From assembly GCA_000388065.2 (NCBI GenBank), contig KB932209.1: DNA of 64,000 nt. One strand, given 5' to 3'. Below the pieces are notes generated by a model. That model ran no database searches. It was not told the DNA's origin and saw only the letters and a list, made by a program, of their open reading frames with translations. How positions within the stretch are numbered: position 1 is the first letter of the stretch; the number at the start of each line of letters is the position of its first letter. The translations under genes and the position numbers were made by a program. This stretch comes from Fonticula alba ATCC 38817 (Eukaryota > Protista > Nucleariida). Shown in pieces: positions 11,301-24,288 of the stretch.

Positions 11301-14300
11301 TGTCGGTTCACGGGCAGCCATGGGACTCGGCGGCCGCCTTCGCCCATATGTCTCAAGCCGGGCTCTTCGGCGTGCCGGCCGGCTTCCCGACAACCCCTTC
11401 GGACCTGAACCTGGCGGAGGCCGTGTCGCCGAAGCTCTTCACGGCGTACATCAGCCCGCCCACGCGGCTGGCCGAGTGTGCGGTTCTCCTGGCCAAGAAG
11501 TGCAACCAGGCCCTCGAGCGGGATACCCTTCTCCGGTCGCAAATCAGCCCGACCGCCATCGGCCGGGTGGTGGATATCCTGGCCCGGGCGCCGCTCCTGC
11601 CGGAGCGCCTCTTCGGGCTGTTTGTCCGGTCCGGGCGGTTCTTCGTGCAGGCGGTCTGTTCGACGTGCAGCTCCTCCGAGCTGGATGCCCTGATGGATGC
11701 CCTCATTTGTGCCTTTTCCCATGGCTCGGCCGATTCGGACATTTCCTCCGAGACCTCCGCCAGTCAGTATGGCTTGGCGGTGGGGCCGGCCGGCGGGGCC
11801 ACCGGCACTGGCCCGGCCACCCGGCCGGCCCCGGCCCGCCAGACCTTCCAGCTGCTGGACTGGTTCCTGACCGACGAGCTTCAGAGCTCGCGCATCTTCG
11901 CCCGGCGGTATGACGTCCCCAGCGTCCTGTCGTCCATCTCGCTGGCCATCGTCTACCCGCACCTGCCATTGAATGCCTTGCGTGCCGGGCTGCTGGTCAA
12001 GGCCGGTGGCTCGATCAAGACATATCGCCGGCGCTGGTTCATCCTGACCGACACCTCGCTGGCATACTACAAGTCCGAGGAGGATGCCCATCCCCGGGGG
12101 CGCATTTTCCTGGACCAGGTGAAGGAGGTCCGTCTCTTGGACACCACCTCGCAGTCGGCCCTGGCCGCGGCACAGTTCACCAAGGCAGTGACCATGCGCC
12201 CGGCGGCCGGGCCGGCCGCCGCGGCCTCCTCCTCGGCCACGGCCGATGCCTTGACCGCCGCGCGATTGCACTCGGCCACCAGCCAGACCGTGCTCCATGG
12301 CGACGAGGAGGACCACCCCCCCGACATGGGGCCCACGGTGCAGCCTGGCAAGTGCCCCACTTCGGAGGCTGGCCATTCACCGGGCCTCGCTGCCAGGCTG
12401 GCGGAAGCCGACCCCGGGATCTACCCCACTCGGGTGGCCACGCGCGGGCCGGAATTCCCGGCCGAGCGCTCGGCGTCCGGGGCCGGGCCTTCCCCGGCCG
12501 ACGGCGACCGGGCTGCCATCGGTGCAGGCCCCGGCGCCCTGCCACCTCCGCCGGTGGCATTGCCATGCTCCACTTCATCTGTGCTCATGTCCAAGCAGCA
12601 GCAGCAGCAACTCCATGGATTGACCTCGGCAGCCACCGGCGAGGTGCTCTTCTCGCCTGCCGACGCCGCCGGCGGCCCGGGCGCGGTTCCCACCGCCCCC
12701 GCCTCCGGCGGGCCGCTCTCGCTGGCTCTCTTTTCGTCGCACACCCTGCCTGCGCGCATGCCCCAAGCAACGTCGGTTGTGGGCCCCGGGCCGCCGGGCC
12801 CGGGCGCCGGCTCGGCCGCCAACCCCGGCACGAGCCCTGCCTCGGGCACTGGCTTGCCGCCCGGCACGCCGTCCTCCTCGTCCTCGCACTTGTGCTGGTT
12901 CGAGATTGTCACCATCGATCGGACATACATGATGGCCAGCGACTCGCCGGCCGACCGGACAGCCTGGGTGTCCGAGCTCCGGCAGGCAGTCCTGTCGGCC
13001 GGGCGCCCGGGACCGATGCTGCCCAGCTCGATGGCCCCTGCGGCCGGCGGTGCTCCGGCCCCAACGGCGGCCATCGGGTTTGCTCTGCTTTCTGGCGGAT
13101 CGCCAGCCGCCAGATCCGGGCTCCAGACCCCCGGCAGCTCGGCCTCGGTCCTGCTCATGTCCTCGGCCTTGCAGCTGTCGGCTAGCATGACTTCCGGCGC
13201 GCGGTCCATCCAGCGCCCGGCCCATCCCCCGGCTGCCTGTCTGTCCGACGGCGAGGGCCATGATCACGACGAGGACAATGAGGGCGACAATGATGAGGCG
13301 AATCCCACCGATGAGGATGGCGAGCATGGCCCAGGCCAGGATAGGGGGTCAGATGGCGCGGGCGCCGTCTGCCTTCTCGCCTCGGCGTCTGCGGCGTCGG
13401 GTTCGCTGGGGCTCGGCCGGCCGGTGAAGCCGCCGGTTTCGGCCCCGGATGCCGGCCTGACGGCCAGCGCTCTGGACCCCCACTCGCCGGACATGGTGGT
13501 GGCGGCGGCGAACTTGGCCTCCATGGCCGAGGCGGCCGGGCTGCCGGCCAACGCGCCGAACTATGTTTCGCTGGATGCCGGGGCCATCCACGCGGCATTG
13601 GATGCCCTTCGCCCCCGGGCGTCGGCCCCGGCCTTTGAGGGGTACCTCACCTGCCTGCATCAGGGCCGGACGATGCGGGCGCATTTTGTCCTGCGGAATT
13701 TGATCCTCTACCAGTTCTCCTCGCCCAAGGTGGCGGCGGCCTACTTCCGGGAGACTGGCGATACCCCCGGGGCATCGGACCCGGCGCTGGCCGCGCGGCC
13801 GGTCCTCTTCGGCCCGGCCAGCAGCTGGGCCCGGCCCGATCGGGCCATCGGCCTGAACCAGGTGGCCTCGGTGCGCACGCTGCCCACCCTGCGGCTGAAT
13901 TTCACCCTCATGCTGCAGGCGGCCGGGGCCCCGGAAACCGGGGGGCTCCCCTCACGGGCGTCTCTTCACCCGGCCGGGTATTTCCAATTCATCGCCGACC
14001 GCGAGAGTGACATGCAGCAGTGGCTGATCCAGCTGACCCGGGCGGCGCAGCTTTTCCGCCCGCTGCTGGTGCCGGACGTCGGGGTGTTCGGCTCGCTGGC
14101 CACCGATGCCGTGGCCGGCTGGCTCTGTCTGGAGGGCCCGGCCCCGGGGCTCGACCAGGGCGGCGATCTGACCATGGACATCGTGCATGGGCTCAATGCG
14201 CTGGCTCTGCAGCCGGCCGGCCCTGGCCCGGGCGCCGGTGCGACCGGTCGCTGGCGCAATGTGTGGGCCGTCCTGCGCGGGCGCTTCCTCCTGCTCTTCC

Positions 14301-16041
14301 CCTCGCCGGCCGAGGAGGGGAACGAACATTTGGCCCGCGGGCTGATCCCGCTGGACCAGGGCACTCGCGTGCATCTGCTGCCCGGGCTGCAGGCATTCTG
14401 CATCGAGAGCGATCTGGCCGCGCTGCTGCCCTACCGGGGTCAATTTGTGCCGGGGTCGCCCTCGGGACCGGTGGCCGCGCGGTCGGCGGTCCGGCATCGG
14501 GGCTTCGATGGTGCCCCTGCCGCCGGGCCGGACGCCTCGTCCGAGGGCCGTGTGTTCTACCTGTTCATGGCCCGGTGCGATTCGCATGCGGCCAATTGGC
14601 ACACGCTTCTGGAATCCGGGGCCCGAGCAGCCTGGCCATCGGACGAGCCGCCACAGGCCGGCAGTCCCGCCGACCCCGAAGCGCTGCCCGCCTCGGAGCC
14701 CGTCACCACCAGCCCCCAGGTCAGTGAGGACTTCGGCTTGACACCGGAGCTGATCAACCTCCTGACCGGTGGGGCCACCAGCGAGTTGGGCAGCAATCCC
14801 CACAGGCAGTCATTCAATGACAGCTTGGCCACGCCGGGCAGCTCGCCCTCCACCTCGCCGGTGGACTGGCTGCCCCGGGCACTGAACGACGATCCCGCCA
14901 GTGGCGACTCACATGGCCACCACCCGGCGGAGCCGCTGGCTCTCCTCCCTCCTGGTGCCGGGCTGACGCTGAGCATGGACTTCCCCCCGGCGGCGGCCGA
15001 CCCGCTGGTCTATTCGGACTTCCTGGTGACCGCGCACTCGGTCTTTGCCGATCCGCGCACCCTGTCCATGTGGCGGCCGCGCTGGTTCACTCTCCGGGTG
15101 CGCCTTCGTCACATGCGCCGGCTCTGTGTCGACGCCCCCCCCCCCCCCCCCCCCCTCTCCATGGGCTTGGATTTTGGTGGATGACCTTTTTTCCTTCACG
15201 CACACACATACAGACACGCGCGCACGCTTCCGCCTGGTGGGGCTCTCCTGCCGCCCTTCTCTGACCCTTTCCGCCCGGCGTTCTCGCGATCATCGTTTGT
15301 GCGCCTGCAGGACAACGTCCTATCCTACTTCCGGACTCCGGCCTCCAGCCAGCCCCTTCTCCGGCTGAACCTCGCGCTGCCCGGCACGAATGTCGGCCTG
15401 GCCACCGAGTTCCCTGAGAGTGCGTGTCTTTCTCCCTCCTTTTCCTCTTTCGGGGGGTCTGTTGCCATTTGCGTGGATTTCCCTGCCGCTCGGGCGGCGC
15501 TCCCCCCCTTTCGCCGGGCTCAAGGGCGGCGAGGCCGCACCGAGCAATGATGTGCAGGCCCCTCTGCCTGCTGGCCAGTGTCCTGACCTCTTTGCCCGTC
15601 CCCTTGCTCGGCCCAATGTCACGGGCCTTCACCCGGACCCTCCTCTCAGTGGCCAACGTCATCCGCCGGCTGCGGGCTTCGCAAACCCTGCTCCAGGCAC
15701 ACCTGAACCCGCTGGAGTGTGCCTTCTTCATTACGGCTCCCCCGCGGAAGCACTTCTTCGCCCTGTGCAGCTCGCCGGAGGATGCTCAGATCTGGGTGAC
15801 CCGGATCCAGGCGTGCATGGAGATTGCCAGGTCTCGGCGCCAGCGTCAATCGATGGCGCCCCAACCTGGGCGCCCCCTCGGCGGCGGCGGCACTGGTGGC
15901 CGGTCAGCCGTACGAGCATCTCGCCGCCTGGACTTCCCCCACTCCGGCACCGACTACGATTACTACTCCAAGAGCGGTGTGGACCCCGGGGACTCGACTG
16001 ACAGTGGGCAATTTTCCTACGACGAGGAGGAGGAGGATTAG
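8370..16041 (+). CDS. Large RasGAP (neurofibromin-like catalytic core) followed by four PH domains; 5' end unresolved; exons 8370-9219, 9418-10097, 10370-15097, 15311-15419, 15650-16041
   Basis: Arginine-finger motif TLFRQDCPASK, PIE|IDP across intron 10098-10369, FLRFFCPAI and KVLQNLAN. PH signatures at about 11984-12990 (split), 13633-14050, 14111-14625 and 15005-15830. Exon phases are consistent. Confidence 0.85.
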
Positions 16042-16685
16042 TGGCTGGAACTTAGCTTCTCCCTTCGTGCTGTGCTGGTCCTGTGTTGCCTTCCANNNNN
16101 NNNNNGGGGGGCCGCCGCAACCCCGCACGTTCGCCCCTCTCCCCACAGTGGGCTTCACACACTCGGTTCCAATACATCTCCGCTGTGCACATGTGACACG
16201 CATACAAACACACACACACACACACACACATAGCCAGCCCGGCGTTTTCAAAGGTATATGTGCCTGTGTGGGCGAGAGATACATGTCCCGATGAGGGGAG
16301 GACAGACATGAGTGCGGATGTGTGTGTGTGCGATTCACGCGGTCCTGTTTAGGCCGGGATTTTCCTCCCCACCACTCAAATGTGTGTGCGTGTGTGGAGA
16401 TGCAGATGCAGGGGCTGCCTCGGCGGAGCGGGGAGTCCTTGCACCCCTGCACCAAGATGCCGGCGGCGGGGCGAGGAACAGGACAATCGGAGAGGAGCAA
16501 GACAGACGCCGGCTCCCTCCTCGGGGCTTTATCGGAGGGCGCCCGAGACATATTAATTGTGTCCATTCTGTTGGAGTAGAACGTGGTTAATTCAGATCCC
16601 CGCTGTGACCATGTGTGCCCCCGTCGGGTGGTCAAGACAGCGACACAGCCAACAAGGCGGGACCGGCGCACGGGAGGAGGTCCCT

Positions 16686-16730
<45 letters not shown>

Positions 16731-17657
16731 GCAGGGGGGGGGGGGGGGGGCCCGGCGGGGGGGGGGGGGACAAACAGACGGGCATCGGGGAGGGTGCCAA
16801 CGTGGGCGCACAGGCGGTGGCAGGAACGGCCAGCCGGCGCGTGGCTCCCAGGCCCCAGGCCCTTGTACCCCCTTTTCGTGCGCTCCGGGCCGGCACACGT
16901 TGTCCGGCTCTCGCATCCATCGGAACCTAGATCCCGGGCAAACAGCTGTGACTGGCCGGCAGGCGCGCGTGCTCGCGAGTCCCTCGGGGCAAACCCGATC
17001 GCACCCAACATTGACCCGGAGCCCGGGGCTGGGGCCCCATTGGCGGGCCCAGGCCTGGCATGCGGTTCCGCGCGCCGCCGCGCCCACACAGAGACGCGTG
17101 CGCACATGCCCGCGCGGCCCGAGGCCCCAGCCCCGGGCGTTCCCCAGCGAGACAGATCTGCACCTGCGGCCAGGACGACAGCCCGCAAGCAGGGTTGTTC
17201 AACGGGGAGGAGGGGGGGGGGGGGGGGACGGGGCCGAGGTGCGGCGTCACTCCAGTTGGTCACTCGGGGGGAAGACCGCCCTCAAGGGAGCACGGGCCCG
17301 CCGCGCTTCCTCGTTCTCGGTCCCCGCCCAGGCCCAGACTGCCCTTGTGCCGGGGAGGGCGTCCCGACTTTGAGTGGGGAAGAAGGACAGCCTGGGGGGG
17401 GGGGGGGGGCCGCGCAGGGCTCCTGCCGAACACGTCTGAGTGGGCACCCGCGAGCCTTTTCCCGCACCGCCTTGGCCTGGCAGGGCTATCCGCTGCGTCG
17501 GCCTCCGCTGCTGCTGCTGCTGCCTCCTGTCCCCTCTTTCCCCCCCCCCCCTACTCGTTGACCTCTTCCGCCCTCCCGTCACTCCTCCCCTCCTCTCCCG
17601 CACGTCAGCTCCCTCCCCTTTCTCCCCCTCTCCCGCCTCCGACACACCACCACCGCC

Positions 17658-19029
17658 ATGCTTCGCCAGGCTGGTTTCCGTTGCACCGCCTCCCTGAACG
17701 GCATGCTGGCCGCCCGCTCGGCCGGCGCCGGTCCCGCCCGCCAGATGTCCCACCTGGCCCGGCGGTCGGCTGTCGCCTGCACCGGGTCCCAGACCGCCTC
17801 GCTTCTGGCCCTGGCTCGTGCTGGCCCCGTCCCGCGCCCTGGGTCCGCTCCCCAGTGCGTCGCCTCCCTGCATGTCCCTTTGGCTTGTCGCCGGGCGGCC
17901 CGCATCTAACTCGGGGCATTCCGGTTTCTTTTTCTCCGCCCCCCCCCTCCCCCCCATCCCCCTCCGGCCGTTCCGGGATGAGCAGGCTCCCCGCTCATCA
18001 GCCCCTGCGGTTCTTCTCGCTTTCGACCGCCACCGGGATGAGCGCGCAGCCGGCCGGTGCCACCGGCTCCGGCAGCCTCACCCCCGAGCAGATCGTCAAG
18101 AACACCCGCAATGTGGCCATCATTGCTCACGTCGATCACGGCAAGACCACCCTGGTGGATACGCTGCTGAAGTCCTGCAATGAGGAGCTTTCCGGCGTGG
18201 ATCGCGTGATGGACTCGGACCCGCAGGAGCGCGAGCGCGGCATCACCATTATGGCCTCGGCCACCTCGGTGTCCTACGGGGATTACAACCTGAACATCGT
18301 CGACACGCCGGGTCACGCGGACTTTGGCGGTGAGGTGGAGCGTGTCCTGGGCATGGTGGACGCCGTGGTGCTGGTGGTCGATGCCACCGAGGGCCCGATG
18401 ACCCAGACCAAGGCCGTCCTGGCGAAGGCCCTGCAGAACCGCAAGCGGGCCGTGGTCATCCTCAACAAGGTGGACCGCGAGTCGGCCCGACTTGGGGCCG
18501 TGGAGAACGAGGTGTTCGACCTGTTCTGCTCGCTCGGCGCCGATGATGACCAGCTGTCCTTCCCGATTCTCTACACCTCCGGCCGTGATGGCTGGGCCGT
18601 CGACAACCCGGATGACATTCCCCTGATCAAGTCCGGCAAGAAGACCGCCGACATGCGCCTGCTTCTGGACGCCATCATCGAGGTGACCCCGTCCCCCGAG
18701 CCGGAGGCCCTGGCCAGCCCCTTCTCCATGGCTGTGACCATGATTCACCGCGAGCCCTTCCTCGGCCGCGTGGCCACCGGCCGCATTGCCACCGGCTCGG
18801 TCAAGGTCGGCGACCCGCTGCACGTCCTGCTGCCGAAGACCGCCAACGACAGCACCCCCACCGACTCCGGCCGTGTGACCAAGGTGCGCCCATGCATTTG
18901 CTCCGGGCCTTTCACCCCATCCGCCGATGAAGGGGCTCGGGAAAATGTCGCCCGCCCTTTGGCGGTTCCCCGCTCTTCCACGAGCCTGTGTTTGTCACTG
19001 CCCAGATTCTAACGCAAGCCTACAACCCT

Positions 19030-19076
<47 letters not shown>

Positions 19077-20630
19077 CGCAACACATGCCATCCACCAATC
19101 GCGAATGATCCGGGGTAAAAAACAACACCACCACCACACAGCTCCTCAAGCGCCGTGGTGTTGATCGCCTCGAGATCGAGGAGGCTCACGCCGGCGATAT
19201 TGTCATGATCTGCGGTCTGTCCAAGCCGCTGGTCACCAACACCGTGGCCTCGCCGTCGGTCACCGTGCCCCTGGACGTCATCCCCATCGACCCGCCCACC
19301 GTGTCCATGATGTTCTCCCCGAATGACTCTCCCTTCAACGGCCGCGAGGGCAAGAGCATCACCTCGGCCCAGCTGCTGGAGCGCCTGCAGCATGAGATGG
19401 AGCACAATGTGTCCATCCGTGTTGGCCCGCATCCCACGCGGTCGGACTCCTTCGAGGTCCAGGGCCGTGGCGAGATGCAGCTCGGTGTGCTGATTGAGAA
19501 CATGCGCCGCGAGGGCATGGAGTTCTCGGTTTCCCCGCCGACCGTCGTCTACCACAATGACGAGAACGGCCGCCAGGAGCCCATGGAGGAGGTGGTCATC
19601 GAGGTGGACGAGCAGTACACCGGCATTGTCATTGAGAAGGTGCGTGTCGATCCCGGCCACTCGCTCCCCCTCGTCCGACAGTTCATTGTCCGCTCTGTTG
19701 TTTTTTTTTCCCCCTGCCTCCGCAGCTCGAGACGCCGCGAGGCCAGCGGCATTGCCCCCTGCTTCCTTTGTCTGGCGGGATCTTTCCCCCATCACCACCC
19801 CTGCCACCATATCCACCTTGCTGACTGACCGGTGATCGGCCCCCCTCCCCCTTTTGCAGCTTTCCATCCGCAAGGGCGAGATGCTGGACATGTCGCAGGA
19901 GCTCGGCAACAAGACCAAGCTCACCTTCCGCGTGCCCTCTCGTGGTCTGATCGGCTACCGGCCCATTTTCATGGTGGACACCCATGGCACCGGCATCATG
20001 AACCGTGCCTTCACCGAGTATGTCCCGTACCGCGGCCAGTTCGAGCGCGTGCGCAAGGGTGTCATCGTGTCCATGGACACCGGTGTGTCGACCGCCTTCG
20101 CGCTGAACTCCATCGAGGCCCGTGGCCAGCTGTTCATCGGCGCCAACGTCGATGTCTATCCGTACGTGCCCTTGCCTGTATCGGCTTCTCCCCCCTCCCC
20201 CCCCCCCCCCCTTGCCCTGGGGGGAGAGGCCGTTGAATGTCCGGTCCTGCCATGTATCATTGATCCTGCCGACTCCCGTGCCAGCGGGGGAAGGGCCACC
20301 GCCATACGGAGCTGACTAACATATCCCCTTTGTTTGCTTGCCTGCTTGTCATCATCCTGCCCCGCGCGCAGTGGCATGGTCATTGGCGAGCACAGCCGTG
20401 ACAACGATCTCGACGTCAACCCCATTCGCGCCAAGAAGGTCACCAACATTCGGACCACCGCGGCTGACGAGCAGATTCGCCTGACCCCCCCGCGGCAGAT
20501 GTCCCTGGAGGAGGCCCTTGGCTACATCAACCCCGACGAGTTGGTTGAGGTTACCCCGAAGAATGTGCGCATTCGCAAGCAGATCCTCGACGCTGGCAAG
20601 CGCCGCACCAACGCCAAGGTCATGGTCTAA
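17658..20630 (+). CDS. typA: TypA/BipA translational GTPase with a predicted mitochondrial targeting peptide; exons 17658-17854, 17986-18883, 19142-19639, 19860-20161, 20372-20630
   Basis: [61 protein letters not shown], and the BipA-specific C-terminus YP|[17 protein letters not shown]...[22 protein letters not shown]. The N-terminus is Arg/Ala/Ser-rich and lacks acidic residues. The first intron's boundaries are less certain. Confidence 0.93.
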
Positions 20631-21204
20631 GAGCACCAGCATCACCATGATCGCCGAAAAGGCCATCAGGGTGCACCACCCCTCTGTCGATGTCCTGCAA
20701 AATGGGGCTTGCCAGGAGTGAGCAACAGGGCAAGGGCTGCCATCGGGTGGGGGGGGGGGGGGGGGGGCGCGCGCGCCGTACACACGGAGGCCCGGGGGGG
20801 CGCCACACACATTGACTGCCTTCTTTTCCTTGCCGAGTGTGTCCCCCCCCCCTCCCCCTATGCGTCCCAGTGCCGGCCGTGTATGGGTGGTCGTCCTTTC
20901 GGCGAGCGTGCGCCCCCCATCCCCCCCCTCCCTCCCGCATGCGCAGACACGCGCCCCCTCTCACCCCGCGGAGGCCAATGCAATTTCCCAAACACCCAGC
21001 ATTCTCCTTTGCGCATTTATCCCGGCATGGGGGGCGTGGGGCACATGTGTTGTGTGTATGTGTGTGTGTGAGGAGGAAAGCAGGGGAGATGGCATGACTC
21101 AGGGACAAATGCGCAAAAGGGAGGCACAGGGCAATGCACAAGAAGGGAGGAGAAGAGGAGGGGATCTACGTTGGATTATGGTACAGGGAAAGGGCGGAGG
21201 CATC

Positions 21205-21556
21205 CTACTGGAGCTCCAGGGGCAGGGTATCCGCGGCCTTGATCTGGGCAATGGCGCCCTGGGCGGCGTCAACGCGCAACCGCAGCAGCCGCAGTCGCGC
21301 GCTCAGCTCATTGTCCTGTTGCTGCGGGCGCCGATGCGTCGAAGAGACACGGCCAGAGTGGGAGACAGAGAGCAGGGGGGCGGGGCATGGTCGTCAGTGG
21401 CAGGGAGGAGGGAAGTAGGAGCTGGAGGGAACAGGAAGACCGCGCAAAAGCCGCAGGGGGAGGGTCAGAGAAACGCACGCGCTGGGAGGAGGCGGCATGA
21501 GCAAAGAAGATGAGCCCAGCCGCGACGAAGCCGCTGGTGAAGTTCCGAAGCAGCAT
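21205..21556 (-). CDS. 64-aa single-pass membrane or secreted microprotein (MICOS Mic12-like?); exons 21556-21479, 21321-21205
   Basis: GTGCGT donor and CCCGCAG acceptor join at phase 0 to give MLLRNFTSGFVAAGLIFFAHAASSQR|QQDNELSARLRLLRLRVDAAQGAIAQIKAADTLPLELQ*: a hydrophobic helix plus an amphipathic coiled-coil-like helix. Confidence 0.65.
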
Positions 21557-24288
21557 GCCGAGTAAAGAGAGAGGGGGGGGGGGGGGAGGGGGGGAGAAGA
21601 CGGTGCGGGAACACTAGTCGGCCTTGCGATTCCTCAGGCGTCGGCCACGAAGGAACGGGGGGTAGGAGATGACGTGGTAGAAGATCAGAGGGGAAAAGCC
21701 GCCGAGAACAAACTTCACGAAGGAGGGAAACCGCATCTGTGCGATCGCTCTCTAAGTGAGGCGGAGGGCAGGAACGGGGGGGGGGTGGGGGGGGGGGCAC
21801 AGGTGCAGGATGTCGCGAGATTCACCCCACCGCCAGGCGGGGAGGGGGCCTTTGGGATCAGTCCTGATGTTGCCCGCATCACGCACCACAAGGGCGAGAG
21901 GAGTTCGGGTTCCCTCCCCGCACACGGGTACACACACACACACACGCACACACACACACACACACCCGTACACACTCGAGCACGTAGGCACGACGGAAAA
22001 CCCTGCAAACATGCTTCTCGCCGGATTCGGGAGGACGCGAATTCGGCCGCGCCCCGGGCGGTGTGACTTCCCACGGCGGGCATGTGACCCGCGGTGCTGG
22101 GCGCGTGAGTGCCGACGGCCTCCCTTGCTTTCAGGGCCGGGCAGGGCACACGGCGGCGGTGGGCTTAATTGACCTGGCGCGCTCTGGGGCCTGACAGATG
22201 GTGTTGCATCGGGCATGCTCGCCGCCCTGGGGGTGATGGCGTTGGCCCCCCTCCGCTCGGGCGTCCCCTCACAATGCAAGGCGGGCCGTTATGTGTGCCC
22301 GAGTCTCAGAGGCGGAGCTGTCCCCGCAGTGCCTTTGGATAGGGGCGGCCGAACAACCAACAAAGGAGTCCGGCGGGCGGCAGGGCCGCGCCTCAAGCCA
22401 CGCAGGCACATCGGCGGAACTGCCGACGCTTCGCCAGGATGTTCCTGCGCCCCATTGTCAATCCCGCGTCGGCTGCAACGCGGCCGGGGGGCGGCGGCCA
22501 CGGCTCTGTGTCTGGGCGAGGGGGGCGGGGNNNNNNNNNNNNNNNNNNNNNNNNNNNNNNNNNNNNNNNNNNNNNNNNNNNNNNNNNNNNNNNNNNNNNN
22601 NNNNNNNGGGGCCGGAGGCACGCACGCGTGGATGTGCAATAATGCCGCTTCCGCGGCCGCGCCTCGGGACCGGTCCTGCGGGTCGGTGGGGGGGGGGGTC
22701 ATAACAAGGAGCCGTCCCCAGGGCGTGACTGCGCGGGCGCTTCACGCATCAGTGGTGCAGGTGCGGGGACTGTGTGTGTGCGCGCGCGCGCGCGCACATA
22801 CGCCACTACGCAGCCAGGTGTCGTGGGGACAGCCTGGCGCACACGTCCCTCCGGCGCGCCCCGGCTTGGCCCCCCTGCGTCCTGGCCAGGGGCGCCCGGG
22901 CCCCAGGAAGGGCATGCGCTCACGAGAGCAAGTCCGGGTCAGCACCTCTTAGGAGGTTCGCGCGATCTTGCCGAGCTGGCAGGCGCGCCGGAGATTGCAC
23001 CTTCCCCGGCGAGCACCACCTCGGGGCAACCATCCACCGGACCTCGATCCCCGTATTCGCCAGCATGGATGTGCGTGCGTGTGTGTGTGCGTGAGCGAGG
23101 CCAGGCGGGGCAGGACCGGGGAGTGGGGCGCCTGCATGTTTGATAGCCGCCGTGACAGATGCACACTGCGCTGGCAGAGGCCGGCGCTTGAGGCGGGCAG
23201 AATAAACACCCCCGTGTCTGCGGCTGACACACGGCAATCTGACCGGCGGCCCACCCCCGGCTAGCCCCTGCCAAGGTGTAGCGCAGTTCGCCCGGCGCCC
23301 GGTCGGCTCGGTGCCCGCCACCCTGCTGGCCGGGCGCCGCCAGCGCGCCAGTCCCCATGGTTGCAGGCACAGCCAGCCGGCGGGCCGGCCCGGCCCCGCC
23401 CCCCGACTGCTGGCTGGCGACGCGCCTTATTCAGGTGGGAATCTGGCGAGCCTGAAACGGATGCGCTCCGCGGAGCCGGCGCCCCACAGCTGAACCCAGG
23501 CGCTCGGGCATGCGCCTCGGAGCGGGCATGTGCTTGCACGGACCCCGAGCAATACTCACACTCCCAGTGGTCGGGGTGGGGCACGAATCCGGTTTCCGCT
23601 CCTGGGCCTTGAGCCAATGCTCCTCTGCCCCGGGCCCGGACCCCAGGGGGGGGGGGGGAGGGGGGGGGACGGGGGCGGGGGCGCTCGAGATCCTGCCACT
23701 CCGGGGCGCTTCTTTCTCGCCACCGTTCCCGCTTCAGGCACCCCCTCAAGCGCTGGCCTTTGTTCCCCGGGCTGTGGGGAGTATTTCCGCTTGGCCAGAT
23801 CGGGTCTGCACGCACGCACGTACACACATACACACACTGGGCGGGACTGGTGCATGTCCTCTGCCGCGCCGTGCCCCCGACTCCGGTGCCCCTTTCTCCC
23901 AATACTCCCGACACCCGGGATCCTTCCCGCGGCCGAGTAGCAGTATTCCCCGGCCTTTGTTCCTCCCCGTCTATTTTCCATTCTGCAGATCGCTCCCCCC
24001 CCCCCNNNNNNNNNNCCCCCCCCACTTTGCCTCCCTCCTCTCCCTTTGTCACTTCTCCGCTCCCCCCTTGCCTTCGCCGCCCCCCCCCATCCTCCCGTCG
24101 TTGTCCTCGCACCTCGCCCGAGTGCGTGTGCGGGTGCGACTCTCCTCTTCCCCACCTCCCCCGGGCAGCGTGTCGGCCTTTCACCGGCACCCGGTCCCCC
24201 AAGCAGGCACGTGCCGTCTTGGCACCGGCTTTCCCGGCCCTTGTGTCCTCCCGGTGCGGCTCAGCCCCCTACCCTCCTGCACCGGGAC

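Noticed and set aside
16688-16770. ~80-nt G-run with G-quadruplex potential (similar runs at 34731-34801 and 59040-59095)
   Set aside because: G/C homopolymers are ubiquitous in introns and intergenic DNA here, their lengths are unreliable in the assembly, and no specific function is supported.
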